Below are positions 18,823 through 28,356 of a stretch of 40,824 nt of DNA, in pieces (the stretch's first letter is position 1; each line of letters begins with the position of its first letter). Origin of the DNA: an uncultured Pelolinea sp. Lineage in GTDB: Bacteria; Chloroflexota; Anaerolineae; Anaerolineales; Anaerolineaceae. The notes under the pieces were generated by a model. That model did no database searches and had not been told where the DNA came from. It was given only the letters and a program-made list of their open reading frames with translations. The position numbers and the translations under genes are program-made. The stretch covers positions 1 through 40,824 of the forward strand of contig CAZDUN010000001.1 of the NCBI GenBank assembly GCA_964508615.1. Reading direction: 5' to 3'.

Positions 18823-20458
18823 TCATTTTCTTCTCTTTCTTCTCTGCATACATGCATGTATCGGCACTTTGGAAAACATCCGCCAATGAATCTCCCGAAA
18901 CTGCGGTGGCGCAGCCGATGGAAAGACTGAGAGGAATCTCGGTGTCTTGTTCCTGGTTATGTTCCTCGATTCTTTTTTGGATGCGGTCTTTGGCCTTATT
19001 TGCCCCGCTGTTGTCCATTCCGGGTAATAACACAGAAAACTCATCCCCTCCGATACGCGCGACGATATCTTCACCGCGAAAGCAATTCTTGATAATCGAA
19101 GCGATGATTTGCAGCGCCGCATCACCGGCTGGATGACCGTGCGTGTCATTGATGGATTTTAGATTATCCATATCCATTACCAGGATGCTGATTGGGAAGG
19201 CGCGGCTTTTCGAAAGACGAGACATTTCTTCTTCAAAAAAAGCCCGGTTATAGACGCCGGTCATGATATCGTGCAAGCTGAGATATGCCAGCCTTTCTTC
19301 GGCCAGCTTCCGCTCGGTGATATCCAGGTTGGAAAATAGAACCCTCCCCCAGGTTTCTTCATAGCCTGGCACTATGGATAATTTGGTAATGGTATAAATC
19401 TTCCTGCCATCCAGGCGGTTGTAAACCAGTTCGCGTTCCAGGGTGGTCTCTCCGGCCAGCATGCAATCGATAATACCCAGTGCTTCGCTGTGGCTTTCCT
19501 TGCTGAGAATGCGATGCAGATTTTTCTGCAGCTCCGCCATGTTCTTGGCGCCAAATAACCACAAGGTGGCTTCGTTCAAATCGATCAGAAGCGGCATGGA
19601 TGCGATGTCGGTGAAAAAACCCCCATTTTTTTCAACCATGGATTTGAGCGGGATGCTGCGATCGTGATAATTCTCATCTAGCCACTTTTTTACAGGTGAG
19701 TAATCCTCCATGCGCAAAGCCACCGGTGAATCAGAGAACATGCGGCGGAAGCGTTCTTCGCTAGCGCTCAGCGCTTCCTGCGCGCGCCTTTCAGTAGTAA
19801 TATCGCGGTATAAACCCAGGATGCCAATACGTTTTCCATTGATTTTGATCTGCTCACCGAAAATCTCCACCTCAACCAGATGCCCATCTTTATGTTTTCG
19901 TTTGCCGAACTCGTGGATGGCTTCCCCTTCCCAAACTTTCTGGCTGATCAGAAAAGCCTCGCGCGGACTGTTGGGGTTGGCGATGAGCATATCCAGTTCT
20001 TTGCCCATCACCTCATCCTGATGGTAGCCGAAAAGCATTTGGAAGGCGGGATTGACGGAAATGATCTTTTGATCGTGGTCCAAAGTAACGATCGCGATCG
20101 GACTGTTATCCACCAGCGCTTCATAGAACAATTTCTGGCGGATGACATCTTTGGAGCGTTGATCCACCAGGTTTTCGAGTTCCAGGGTTTGATCGAATAA
20201 CTTTTTCTCGCGAATGCCGGCGAAATTGGCTAATAACCCCAGAAAGAACGGCGCCGTGTCGATCATCCACAGCAGCGGATTGCGCTGGACTTCTGCTATG
20301 CTTTCCCATGAGAAAGGAAGCCGCAGCAGGTACAACTGGGAAATTGTTGCGATAAATGGAAACAGTATCCCAAAAACTGCGCCGTATACGGTATATCGAA
20401 AAACCAGATATTTTTCTTGATTTGTTTGAATTCTTGTTAATTCCCCGGATAAACGCAT
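18815..20458 (-). CDS. Diguanylate cyclase with 2 TM helices and PAS domains
   Basis: N-terminal TMs, PAS (NSPIAIV...VNPAF), DMDNLKSINDTHGH, RGED I-site, GGDEF. Confidence 0.92.
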   Translation of the reverse strand: MRLSGELTRIQTNQEKYLVFRYTVYGAVFGILFPFIATISQLYLLRLPFSWESIAEVQRNPLLWMIDTAPFFLGLLANFAGIREKKLFDQTLELENLVDQRSKDVIRQKLFYEALVDNSPIAIVTLDHDQKIISVNPAFQMLFGYHQDEVMGKELDMLIANPNSPREAFLISQKVWEGEAIHEFGKRKHKDGHLVEVEIFGEQIKINGKRIGILGLYRDITTERRAQEALSASEERFRRMFSDSPVALRMEDYSPVKKWLDENYHDRSIPLKSMVEKNGGFFTDIASMPLLIDLNEATLWLFGAKNMAELQKNLHRILSKESHSEALGIIDCMLAGETTLERELVYNRLDGRKIYTITKLSIVPGYEETWGRVLFSNLDITERKLAEERLAYLSLHDIMTGVYNRAFFEEEMSRLSKSRAFPISILVMDMDNLKSINDTHGHPAGDAALQIIASIIKNCFRGEDIVARIGGDEFSVLLPGMDNSGANKAKDRIQKRIEEHNQEQDTEIPLSLSIGCATAVSGDSLADVFQSADTCMYAEKKEKKMKK

Positions 20459-20756
20459 ATAGTCTCATCATCCCTTAAAAAGAATTTGTTATGTATTATA
20501 TACAACAATACTAGTATTATTAACATTATTATCGTGGTTTATTCCTTTTTTTAGCTACCATCTATTTACTCAGCATTGAAGTACCTGTTGCAGAGATCTG
20601 ATTTTGTCGAATTTTTGATTCTTGACATAGTGTTACAATAAATGGTAATTGGAGCATTTTTTTCCTGTTACCCCACTTGACAAGCCGTGTATTTGAGTTC
20701 AAAATACGGCACTACTTCTGATTTCGCGCTATATGCGGAACCAGATTGGAGGAAAA

Positions 20757-21467
20757 ATGTTGAAAAGTAAGAAAACCGTAAGCCTGGGGATCATCATAGC
20801 CGGAATGCTGTTGTTTTCCGCCTGCGGTGCAGGCCAGGAACCAACCCCGGACGTGGCGGCTATCCAGACCGAAGCGGTCATGCAGGCTATGGCGCAGCTC
20901 ACCGTGGACGCAGCTTTGAACCCATCAGCCACACCGGTGCCTGCCACCATGACCCCCCTGCCGACAGCGACAGTCAGCACTGTAACGCCGACAGTCAAGG
21001 TGGTTTCCAGCGGCAGCAGTTCAGGCGGCAGCTCAAGCAGCAGCGGTGGCAGCAGTTCAAAAACCGCGGTCCCCACCTATACACCGGATGTTTACAAATG
21101 CGAGATCATCAACCAATCCCCATGGGATGGCCCGCAAATGACTGGCTGGATTTTCGATGTGGTCTGGACGGTTAAGAACACCGGCGTGGTGACCTGGGAT
21201 AAGGATGAGTATTACATCGTCTGGATCGAGGATGAATCCACGGAGGATTCTGATTTCAGCCCCAAACACCTGTATAAATTTTCCGCTGACGTAGATCCCT
21301 ATGATGAAGTGGATGTCGTTGTGGATTTCCAGATGCCCACCCAACCCTTTAGCAAGATGCGTGTCTCGCAATGGGGTATTGTCAATGACAACGGCGATAT
21401 TTTCTGCCGGTTTTACTATGCCGTGACCTACACCTATCCGGCGCCTACGCAGACCCCCGATGATTAA
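20757..21467 (+). CDS. Lipoprotein with NBR1-Ig-like domain and Thr/Pro and Ser/Gly linkers
   Basis: GGAGG RBS, lipobox FSAC, TPVPATMTP and SSGSSSGGSSSSSGGSSS linkers, WTVKNTG..W motif. Confidence 0.75.
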   Translation: MLKSKKTVSLGIIIAGMLLFSACGAGQEPTPDVAAIQTEAVMQAMAQLTVDAALNPSATPVPATMTPLPTATVSTVTPTVKVVSSGSSSGGSSSSSGGSSSKTAVPTYTPDVYKCEIINQSPWDGPQMTGWIFDVVWTVKNTGVVTWDKDEYYIVWIEDESTEDSDFSPKHLYKFSADVDPYDEVDVVVDFQMPTQPFSKMRVSQWGIVNDNGDIFCRFYYAVTYTYPAPTQTPDD

Positions 21468-21488
21468 ACCACTTTCCTAAAAAGAATC

Positions 21489-21519
21489 AGGGCAGGTTTT
21501 TAATTCCTGCCCTTTTTTT
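21489..21519 (+). terminator. Intrinsic terminator
   Basis: AGGGCAGG/CCTGCCCT stem followed by a T tract between convergent genes. Confidence 0.75.
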
Positions 21520-21886
21520 ATTCCAAATCCCGGCTGGCCAGCACGTCGATGCCTGTGTCGAGGGCGTTCTCGATGATAACCTGGTTGATCCTAACCGGGG
21601 CAGACAATTTCACTTTGCGGATCTCTGCCAGCAGGTCCCTGATCTTTCCTTTGGGAAAGGGAGCGGAGGTACATACCGGCAGCAGCGGATGGATGGCCTT
21701 GGCAACCTGAACTGTGCTGGCGACCATGCGGCGCGGATCGGTGATCTCGCCGCGGGCGTACTCCTGGCCGCGTTTGCAGCCGGCATTGCTCACCAAAATT
21801 TCGCCATCCTTGCGGGTGACTTCCAGCCGGCAGCCTTTCGGGCAGGCCACGCAGATGATTTGCATTGGTTTAGGTTCCATCTTCAT
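21518..21886 (-). CDS. DUF1667 family CxxCxxxC metal-binding protein (G3P dehydrogenase-associated)
   Basis: ICVACPKGC, CKRG..YA..E...P.R; start overlaps the upstream gene's TGA. Confidence 0.85.
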   Translation of the reverse strand: MKMEPKPMQIICVACPKGCRLEVTRKDGEILVSNAGCKRGQEYARGEITDPRRMVASTVQVAKAIHPLLPVCTSAPFPKGKIRDLLAEIRKVKLSAPVRINQVIIENALDTGIDVLASRDLE

Positions 21887-23160
21887 CACCGTTTTGTAAT
21901 ATTAATCGTGAGGTTTTGCCCAGCGCGAATTGCTTCGGCAGTTTCAGGCTTCAGGTTCAAGGTGACCATCTCACCCGGGCGGGCGTAGGGCAGCGCCTTA
22001 CGCGTGATTTGATGGTCATTGCTGACCACCTCCACCCAGGCAGGCGCTTCAATCGGCTGGCTCACGCGCATTTGCAGCGGAATGGATTCCTGCGCCAACG
22101 TCTCGGCATCGAAAGCGTGCGGCACGACGTAACGCACGTTTTCCCCGGCTTGCGTCTGGATCAGCTTGTCCGGTTTATCCAGCTTGCCCTGCGCGAAGAG
22201 TGCGGCGCCCTGGCCGGCGGCAAAACCAGCCTGGGTGACCCAATCCACCAGGTCGTACACGTGCACCACGTTGCCGGCGCTGAAAATGCCCGGCACGCTG
22301 GTTTGGAAGCGGTTATCCACGTATGGGCCGCCGGTGACCGGGTCGATGCGCACGCCCGCTTGGCGCGACAGTTCATTTTCAGGGATCAGTCCGACCGAAA
22401 GCAGCAGCGTATCGCAGGGGATGATCTCTTCGCTGCCCGGAATGATCTGGCGGTTCTCATCCACCGCGGCCGACTCGATGGCTTCCACGCGCCGGTCGCC
22501 GAGGATGCGTTTGACTGTGTGATTGAGCTGCAAGGGAATATCGAAATCCTGCAGGCACTGCACGAAATTGCGTGTCAGGCCGGAGAGATAGGGCATGATC
22601 TCCAGCACGCGTTCCACTTTGGCGCCTTCGAAAGTCAGGCGGCGTGCCATAATCATGCCGATGTCGCCCGAGCCGAGGATGACGAAGCGATTGCCGGGCA
22701 TGAAACCCTCTACATTCACCCAGCGCTGGGCGGTGCCGGCGGTGTACACACCGGCCGGGCGCGAGCCGGGCAGGCGGATCTGGGCACGCGTGCGTTCGCG
22801 GCAGCCCATGGCAAACACCAGGGCTTTGGCCTGGAATTCTCGGATACCCAGTTTGCGATTGGTAACGAACAGGCGACGGTCGCGCGTGGCTTCCAGCACC
22901 ATGCTATCCAGCAAAACGTCTACTTTGAGATCTTGCACCTGCTGGATGAACCGTTGGGCGTAACTCGGGCCGGGCAGGTCTTCTTTGAATACTTCCAGGC
23001 CGAATCCGTTGTGGATGCACTGCAGCAGGATGCCGCCCAATTCAATGTCGCGTTCGATGATCAGCACCTTTTCCGCGCCGTTCCGCTTGGCGGCTATAGC
23101 GGCTGCCAGTCCCCCCGGGCCGCTGCCGACCACCACCACGTCGTAGTTCAGCTCAGTCAT
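21886..23160 (-). CDS. FAD/NAD(P)-dependent oxidoreductase (G3P dehydrogenase-associated subunit)
   Basis: GSGPGG, LGGILLQCIHNGFG, AMGCRERTR, GSGDIGMIMARR, GNVVHVYDLVD. Confidence 0.88.
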   Translation of the reverse strand: MTELNYDVVVVGSGPGGLAAAIAAKRNGAEKVLIIERDIELGGILLQCIHNGFGLEVFKEDLPGPSYAQRFIQQVQDLKVDVLLDSMVLEATRDRRLFVTNRKLGIREFQAKALVFAMGCRERTRAQIRLPGSRPAGVYTAGTAQRWVNVEGFMPGNRFVILGSGDIGMIMARRLTFEGAKVERVLEIMPYLSGLTRNFVQCLQDFDIPLQLNHTVKRILGDRRVEAIESAAVDENRQIIPGSEEIIPCDTLLLSVGLIPENELSRQAGVRIDPVTGGPYVDNRFQTSVPGIFSAGNVVHVYDLVDWVTQAGFAAGQGAALFAQGKLDKPDKLIQTQAGENVRYVVPHAFDAETLAQESIPLQMRVSQPIEAPAWVEVVSNDHQITRKALPYARPGEMVTLNLKPETAEAIRAGQNLTINITKR

Positions 23161-24646
23161 GGGCTTCCTCCGCTTGCTTGGTGGGTCGCTGCAGGAAAGA
23201 TGATCCCTCGCCTTTCTTGCTGATGGCGGTTTCAGGCAAACCCAATTCGCGCGCCAGGATGTGGGTGACGCGCGGCAGATCGAACCCGCCCTGGCAGCGG
23301 CCGGTGCCCAGCCAGGTGCGGCGCTTGAGAGCGTCGTAAGTGGTGGCAGGCACGAGAGAATGGATCTCAGCTACAAGCTCGCCCTCGGTGACGTTTTCGC
23401 AGCGGCATACCACCCGTCCGTAACGTTCGTCCTGCTCGATGACTGCCTGGCGCTGCGCGTGACTCAGGTGGCGGAAACATGGCCGCGCAGGTCGGATGGG
23501 ATTCCAGTCTTTCTTTTCCACAAATTTCTCACCGGCATCTTTCATTAGTTCGATCACGCGCAGGGCGATGGCAGGCGCGGAAGTCAAGCCGGGTGATTCA
23601 ATCCCGCCCAGGTTGACCAATCCCTGAATATTGGCTGGAATTTCGATGACAAAATCATGTTGGTAATCCACACCTGGCGTTTCGCAGGGGGCATTGCCAG
23701 CCGCGCGCAGCCCGGCAAAGATGGCGATCACATGGCGCGCATCCACGGCCGGCACCAGTTTCTTCCCCCCTTCCAGCGCTTCCTGCAATCCCTCCGCGCT
23801 ATTATTCTTATCTTCTTTATCTCCCTGGTCATGCGCGGTTGGCCCCAACACGGTATTTCCGTGCACGGTGGCGGTGGCCATGATCCCCTTGCTGACCTCG
23901 CTGGGCACCGGGAAGTACACGGATTGCAGCGCAAAATCCGCCCGGTCGAGGATCAGGTATTCGCCCTTGCGCGGTGTGATCTTGAATTCGGGACGCACCC
24001 CGGCTTTGTGCATGATTTCATCGGAATATAACCCCGCTGCGTTAATTACCCAGCGGCAGCCGAAGTCTCCGCGGTTGGTGCGGATACCAACGATATGGCT
24101 ATTCTGGATGATGAAATCTTCAAAAGCGGTATCGCGCAAGATCTTGACCCCGTTCATCACCGCGTTTTCAGCCGCTGCCAGCGTGACGCCGAATGGGTCG
24201 CACATGGCGCCGGTTTCGGCAAACAAGGCGCCACTGACCAGCGGGTTGATGAATGGTTCGCGTTTGCGTATTTCCTCGCCGGATACCAGGCTGATCCCGG
24301 TAACGCCGTTGCGCTTGCCGCGTTCGACCAAATCTTTCAGTTTGGGCAGCTCTTCAGGGCCGATCGCCACCACGTAATCGCCGCGGCGTTCGTAGGCGAA
24401 ATTCAGTTCTTCTGCCAATTGCGGCCAGAGCGGCACCGCCGCTACGTTCATTTTTGCTTTCAAGGAGCCGCTGACCGGGTCGTAGCCAGGGTGCACCAAA
24501 GCGGTATTGGCGGCTGAGGTGACTGAACCGATATCTGCCTCTTTTTCGATTAATAAAATACTCAAGTCAAATCGCGAAAGGAAGCGGGCGGTCATGCAGC
24601 CGACCACTCCCCCGCCAATGATAATGACATCATATGTCTCAGGCAA
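23153..24646 (-). CDS. Glycerol-3-phosphate dehydrogenase-like flavoprotein with C-terminal BFD-like [2Fe-2S] domain
   Basis: IIGGGVVG, GIESPGLTSAPAIA, CRCE...GTGRCQGGF. TTG start at 24646 follows a GGGAG RBS; located next to glpK. Confidence 0.85.
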   Translation of the reverse strand: MPETYDVIIIGGGVVGCMTARFLSRFDLSILLIEKEADIGSVTSAANTALVHPGYDPVSGSLKAKMNVAAVPLWPQLAEELNFAYERRGDYVVAIGPEELPKLKDLVERGKRNGVTGISLVSGEEIRKREPFINPLVSGALFAETGAMCDPFGVTLAAAENAVMNGVKILRDTAFEDFIIQNSHIVGIRTNRGDFGCRWVINAAGLYSDEIMHKAGVRPEFKITPRKGEYLILDRADFALQSVYFPVPSEVSKGIMATATVHGNTVLGPTAHDQGDKEDKNNSAEGLQEALEGGKKLVPAVDARHVIAIFAGLRAAGNAPCETPGVDYQHDFVIEIPANIQGLVNLGGIESPGLTSAPAIALRVIELMKDAGEKFVEKKDWNPIRPARPCFRHLSHAQRQAVIEQDERYGRVVCRCENVTEGELVAEIHSLVPATTYDALKRRTWLGTGRCQGGFDLPRVTHILARELGLPETAISKKGEGSSFLQRPTKQAEEAHD

Positions 24647-24894
24647 AGTAATGCTCCCAGGATGGTCTTCAAACTCTGGAATTATAGGAGCAATCCGGCA
24701 AATTCGCCACCTGAGGAAATTCACAATCAACAATGGAGGATTATAAGGTAAATCGTATGAATTGAAGTTAATTCAATAAAATCAATGATGGGGGAACGAC
24801 AATGCAGAGAAAGAATTTGGGACCGTGATTTGCACTCTGCTGAAGGTGAACTATATTTATACTTAATGAAAATTACTTGTAACGGAGGGTTTCT

Positions 24895-26385
24895 ATGGCA
24901 GATTATATCGCTTCGATTGATCAGGGAACATCGAGTACCCGCTGCATAATTTTTAATCATAGCGGAGAGATTGTTAGCAGTCATCAAATGGAGCATAAAC
25001 AGATATAACCAAAACCCGGATGGGTGGAACATAATCCTTACGAAATCTGGGCGCGTACTCAAGATGTCATTAAAGAAGCCATGAAGCTGGCAGGGCTTAG
25101 ACTTGAGGATATTGCCGCGGTTGGGGTGACCAATCAACGCGAAACCACCGTTGTATGGGATAAGGAAAGCAGAAAAGTTTTTTACAATGCGATCGTTTGG
25201 CAGGATACTCGTACTGACGAGATAATTTCGGAAATGGCAAAAAATGGCGGGCAAGACCGCTTTAAAAATCGTGTTGGCCTTCCATTGTCAACCTATTTTT
25301 CAGGCCCTAAAATAAAATGGATCCTGGATAACGTTCCGGAGGTTCGCCAGGCTGCCGAAGAAGGAAGAGCGATCTTTGGCAATATCGACACCTGGATTAT
25401 CTGGAATCTCACCGGTCAGCATGTCACGGATGTAACCAATGCAAGCCGCACGATGCTAATGGACCTTAAAACATTGAAATGGGACGAGGAAATCTGCGAT
25501 TTATTTAATATACCTATGAAGATGCTCCCAAAAATATGCTCATCTTCTGAAGTTTACGGAATGACGTATAAAGATGGGCCATTCGGCGGTGAGATTCCGG
25601 TCTGCGGAGATTTGGGTGATCAACAAGCGGCAACCGTCGGGCAAGCCTGTTTTGACGTCGGCGAGGCAAAAAATACCTACGGCACCGGCTGTTTTATGCT
25701 GCTCAATACGGGCAATAATATTGTATTTTCTAAAAATGGCCTTTTAACTACCGTTTGTTACCAGTTGAAAAATGAGAAACCTGTTTATGCATTGGAAGGC
25801 TCCATTGCAATCACCGGCGCCCTGGTTCAATGGCTGCGTGATAATTTGAAAATGATCAGCAGCGCTGCCGAAATTGAGAATTTAGCAAAGACAGTTGATG
25901 ATAATGGCGGAATCTACTTTGTGCCGGCTTTTTCCGGCTTGTTTGCTCCGTATTGGAAGTCGGATGCGCGCGGAATTATTGTCGGATTGACTCGTTACGT
26001 GAATAATGGACATTTTGCGCGCGCAGTGCTGGAAGCGACCGCTTTCCAAACTCGTGAGGTTTTGGAAGCAATGAAATCGGATTCAGGTGTTGATTTACTG
26101 GTCCTCAAAGTTGATGGGGGCATGGTGAGGAATGATTTGTTAATGCAAATCCAGGCAGATGTCCTTAAGGTACCAGTCATCCGGCCCCGAGTCGCTGAAA
26201 CCACCGCTTTGGGTGCGGCTTATGCAGCCGGATATGCAATTGGATTCTGGAAAGATTTAAAAGAGATGCGTTCCAACTGGAAGAAAGACAAGGTATGGAA
26301 CCCTAAAGTAAGCAGTCCATTGTATTCCGAGAAATACAAGGAATGGAAAAAAGCAGTCACGAGGACTTTTGATTGGATAGAATAA
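24895..26385 (+). pseudogene. glpK: Glycerol kinase interrupted by an in-frame TAA at codon 38 (25006-25008)
   Basis: GGAGGG RBS, ATG 24895, [16 protein letters not shown]...[13 protein letters not shown] in one frame. The rest has [27 protein letters not shown]. Confidence 0.88.
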
Positions 26386-26740
26386 AACCGTGAGATTTGC
26401 TTTTGTTTCACCAAGTGGTGAATAAGGACCATGCATAGCTAAATTTGATGTATGCTCAACCAAAGACGTTCCAGATTCATTATTTCATGAGCAAATACTC
26501 ATACGAATGTAAAAATACCTGAGATGGTTTTATTAATGTCAGGGATTGCAAAGACATGAGAGATAGGGGGTTGAATCATTATTGAATGAGCCACTCATTT
26601 TCAATGAGACACCCAATTAATAAAACCGGAATTGGATTATTCAATCGCGAAATGCTAGACTGGATCGTAAGGCTTCGAACGGGAACCTATTGCATTGCTA
26701 AAACGTTACAATCTAAAGTCACCATTCGGGAGGTCTGAGA

Positions 26741-27268
26741 ATGAGCCGATTTTTTGTGATATGCATTTTCTTTTTGCTATTTATTTCAGTCACCGCCTGT
26801 TCTGCGTCATCCAATAGGCACCCTGCTGATTTCAGCCTTGTTTTCAATTGGAATACCGGGTCGCTGCCCCCGCAATATCATTATTCCTACACGATAACCA
26901 TCCAACCGGATGGCGGAGGCAGCCTGGATTATCAACCGGGATACGAACCGGATGAAGCCACGCACTGGCAGACAGAGTTTTTCCTAACTGGGAAACAGAT
27001 GGACGCGCTTTACGGCTATCTTATTGAGAACGACCTGCTGCGCACAACTTGGAACCTGGGCGAACCTTTGCTGGGCGGCAGCGGCACCAGCCTGGTGGTT
27101 ACTGCGGATGGAAAGGAATATACCGTCCCCAGCATTTCCGAGCTGCAGCTGGATGACCGCAGGCGCATGGAAGCCGCCATCGAAACGATCAAGAATCTGC
27201 TGCCGCAAAGCGTCTGGGATGAGCTGGACGCGCGTCAGGAAGCCTATGAGGCCGGTTTTACCGAATAA
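26741..27268 (+). CDS. Hypothetical lipoprotein
   Basis: GGAGG RBS, lipobox VTAC, GSLPPQYHYSY motif. Confidence 0.75.
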   Translation: MSRFFVICIFFLLFISVTACSASSNRHPADFSLVFNWNTGSLPPQYHYSYTITIQPDGGGSLDYQPGYEPDEATHWQTEFFLTGKQMDALYGYLIENDLLRTTWNLGEPLLGGSGTSLVVTADGKEYTVPSISELQLDDRRRMEAAIETIKNLLPQSVWDELDARQEAYEAGFTE

Positions 27269-27279
27269 GTCAAACACGT

Positions 27280-28347
27280 TTATCCGCGATGATTCAATAA
27301 TTGGTTGAGGATGATGTATTTGGCGTGCGACCACAACAGCGGATTGGCGATCTTCCCCCAGCGTTTCTCCCAGGGTTGGTACATTTCTGGGTAATTCAGC
27401 GATTGGGGCACCTGTTCGGGCAGGTTATGGTCCGCGTCGGCTTGGCGCTCGATCCATTCCAGCATCCGGCGGGCTTTTCCCGTCTCGCCCACTTCGCAAT
27501 AATACCAACCCAGCCAGGCCGACAGCAGCAGCCATTCCCCGCCGCCATAATAAGAGTCCTCTCGGTAGCGGTGCACGCCGCCGCCGCGGATCAATTGCCG
27601 CTCAATTTCAGCGATAGTATTTTGAATGACCGGATCCGCGGGTGAAAAAAGATGATACGGCACGGATAAGCCGACCAAAGAAGCGTCCACCAGATCATCA
27701 TGCGTGAATTTGCGGATTATGTGATCGATACAATAACGATCCAGGATGAATTGCCTGATCGAGCCCAATTCGCGGTTGAAATCGCAATGGATTAACGGTG
27801 ATATGCCTTTCAAGCCCCCATAAATACAGGCCAGTGTATGCGGGTGGACATTGTGCGGGTGTTCTTCCCACAAGTCGTAGCAGGGAGTCTTCCAAAATGC
27901 GGCCAGGTACTGCGCCACCAGACGGGCAGCATTCAGACAGGACTGCTCCGGTGGATTGCCGGAAATGGAAAGGTGTTGAGCCAATGCCCAAAGCCAGGTG
28001 CCGTACCCGTCCAGTTGAAAATTCGGCCAGTCTTCCTGGGCTTCTCTGCCATCCATCGTGAAACGCGTGTGTAAATAATCTCCGGCGGCAACCAATTCAG
28101 GAGGGTTTTTTCGGGATAAAGATTCGATCAGGTCCTTGCGATCGAGCACAACTCCGGTTACCCAATGATGAAAAGAATCAGCGCTTGTGTGATGTTTGGC
28201 CAGGTCCATTGCATACGCGATATAAGAACCATCGCGAATCCAGCAATATTGATAACTCGCAAAGTTCGGGCTGGCAACGTATGCCCCGATAGGCGCTTGA
28301 TTCTTTAAAATAATCTCGATGCTTTTTTCATATAACGATGCTTTCAT
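27280..28347 (-). CDS. Glycoside hydrolase family 15 (glucoamylase/glucodextranase-like), no signal peptide
   Basis: YCWIRDG, QLDGYG, DLWEE, LPEQV, PLLWSHA motifs. Confidence 0.88.
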   Translation of the reverse strand: MKASLYEKSIEIILKNQAPIGAYVASPNFASYQYCWIRDGSYIAYAMDLAKHHTSADSFHHWVTGVVLDRKDLIESLSRKNPPELVAAGDYLHTRFTMDGREAQEDWPNFQLDGYGTWLWALAQHLSISGNPPEQSCLNAARLVAQYLAAFWKTPCYDLWEEHPHNVHPHTLACIYGGLKGISPLIHCDFNRELGSIRQFILDRYCIDHIIRKFTHDDLVDASLVGLSVPYHLFSPADPVIQNTIAEIERQLIRGGGVHRYREDSYYGGGEWLLLSAWLGWYYCEVGETGKARRMLEWIERQADADHNLPEQVPQSLNYPEMYQPWEKRWGKIANPLLWSHAKYIILNQLLNHRG

Positions 28348-28356
28348 AAAAACACA

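Noticed and set aside
20684-20710. Imperfect palindrome GCCGTGTATTTGAGTTCAAAATACGGC over a TTGACA-17-CAAAAT promoter
   Set aside because: Bulged, single occurrence and no candidate regulator nearby; too weak to call an operator.
21007-21060. Low-complexity GGCAGC/AGC repeats
   Set aside because: They simply encode the Ser/Gly linker of the lipoprotein.
21916-23223. 435-aa plus-strand ORF
   Set aside because: Antisense to the FAD oxidoreductase; no RBS or domain signature.
24785-24845. Possible GlpP antiterminator leader or riboswitch upstream of glpK (GCAGAG...CTCTGC)
   Set aside because: Only a 6-bp stem with a long loop, no U tract and no recognisable aptamer consensus.
25006-25008. Selenocysteine/pyrrolysine insertion or genome-wide stop reassignment
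   Set aside because: Sec uses TGA and Pyl uses TAG. TAA is the normal stop of many correctly sized genes here (e.g. 617, 3060, 4154, 26385, 37557).
26386-26740. AT-rich intergenic region with short hairpins, considered as ncRNA, attC site or IS remnant
   Set aside because: No RYYYAAC/GTTRRRY-bounded attC structure, terminal inverted repeats or convincing ORF seen. The hairpins are short and imperfect.
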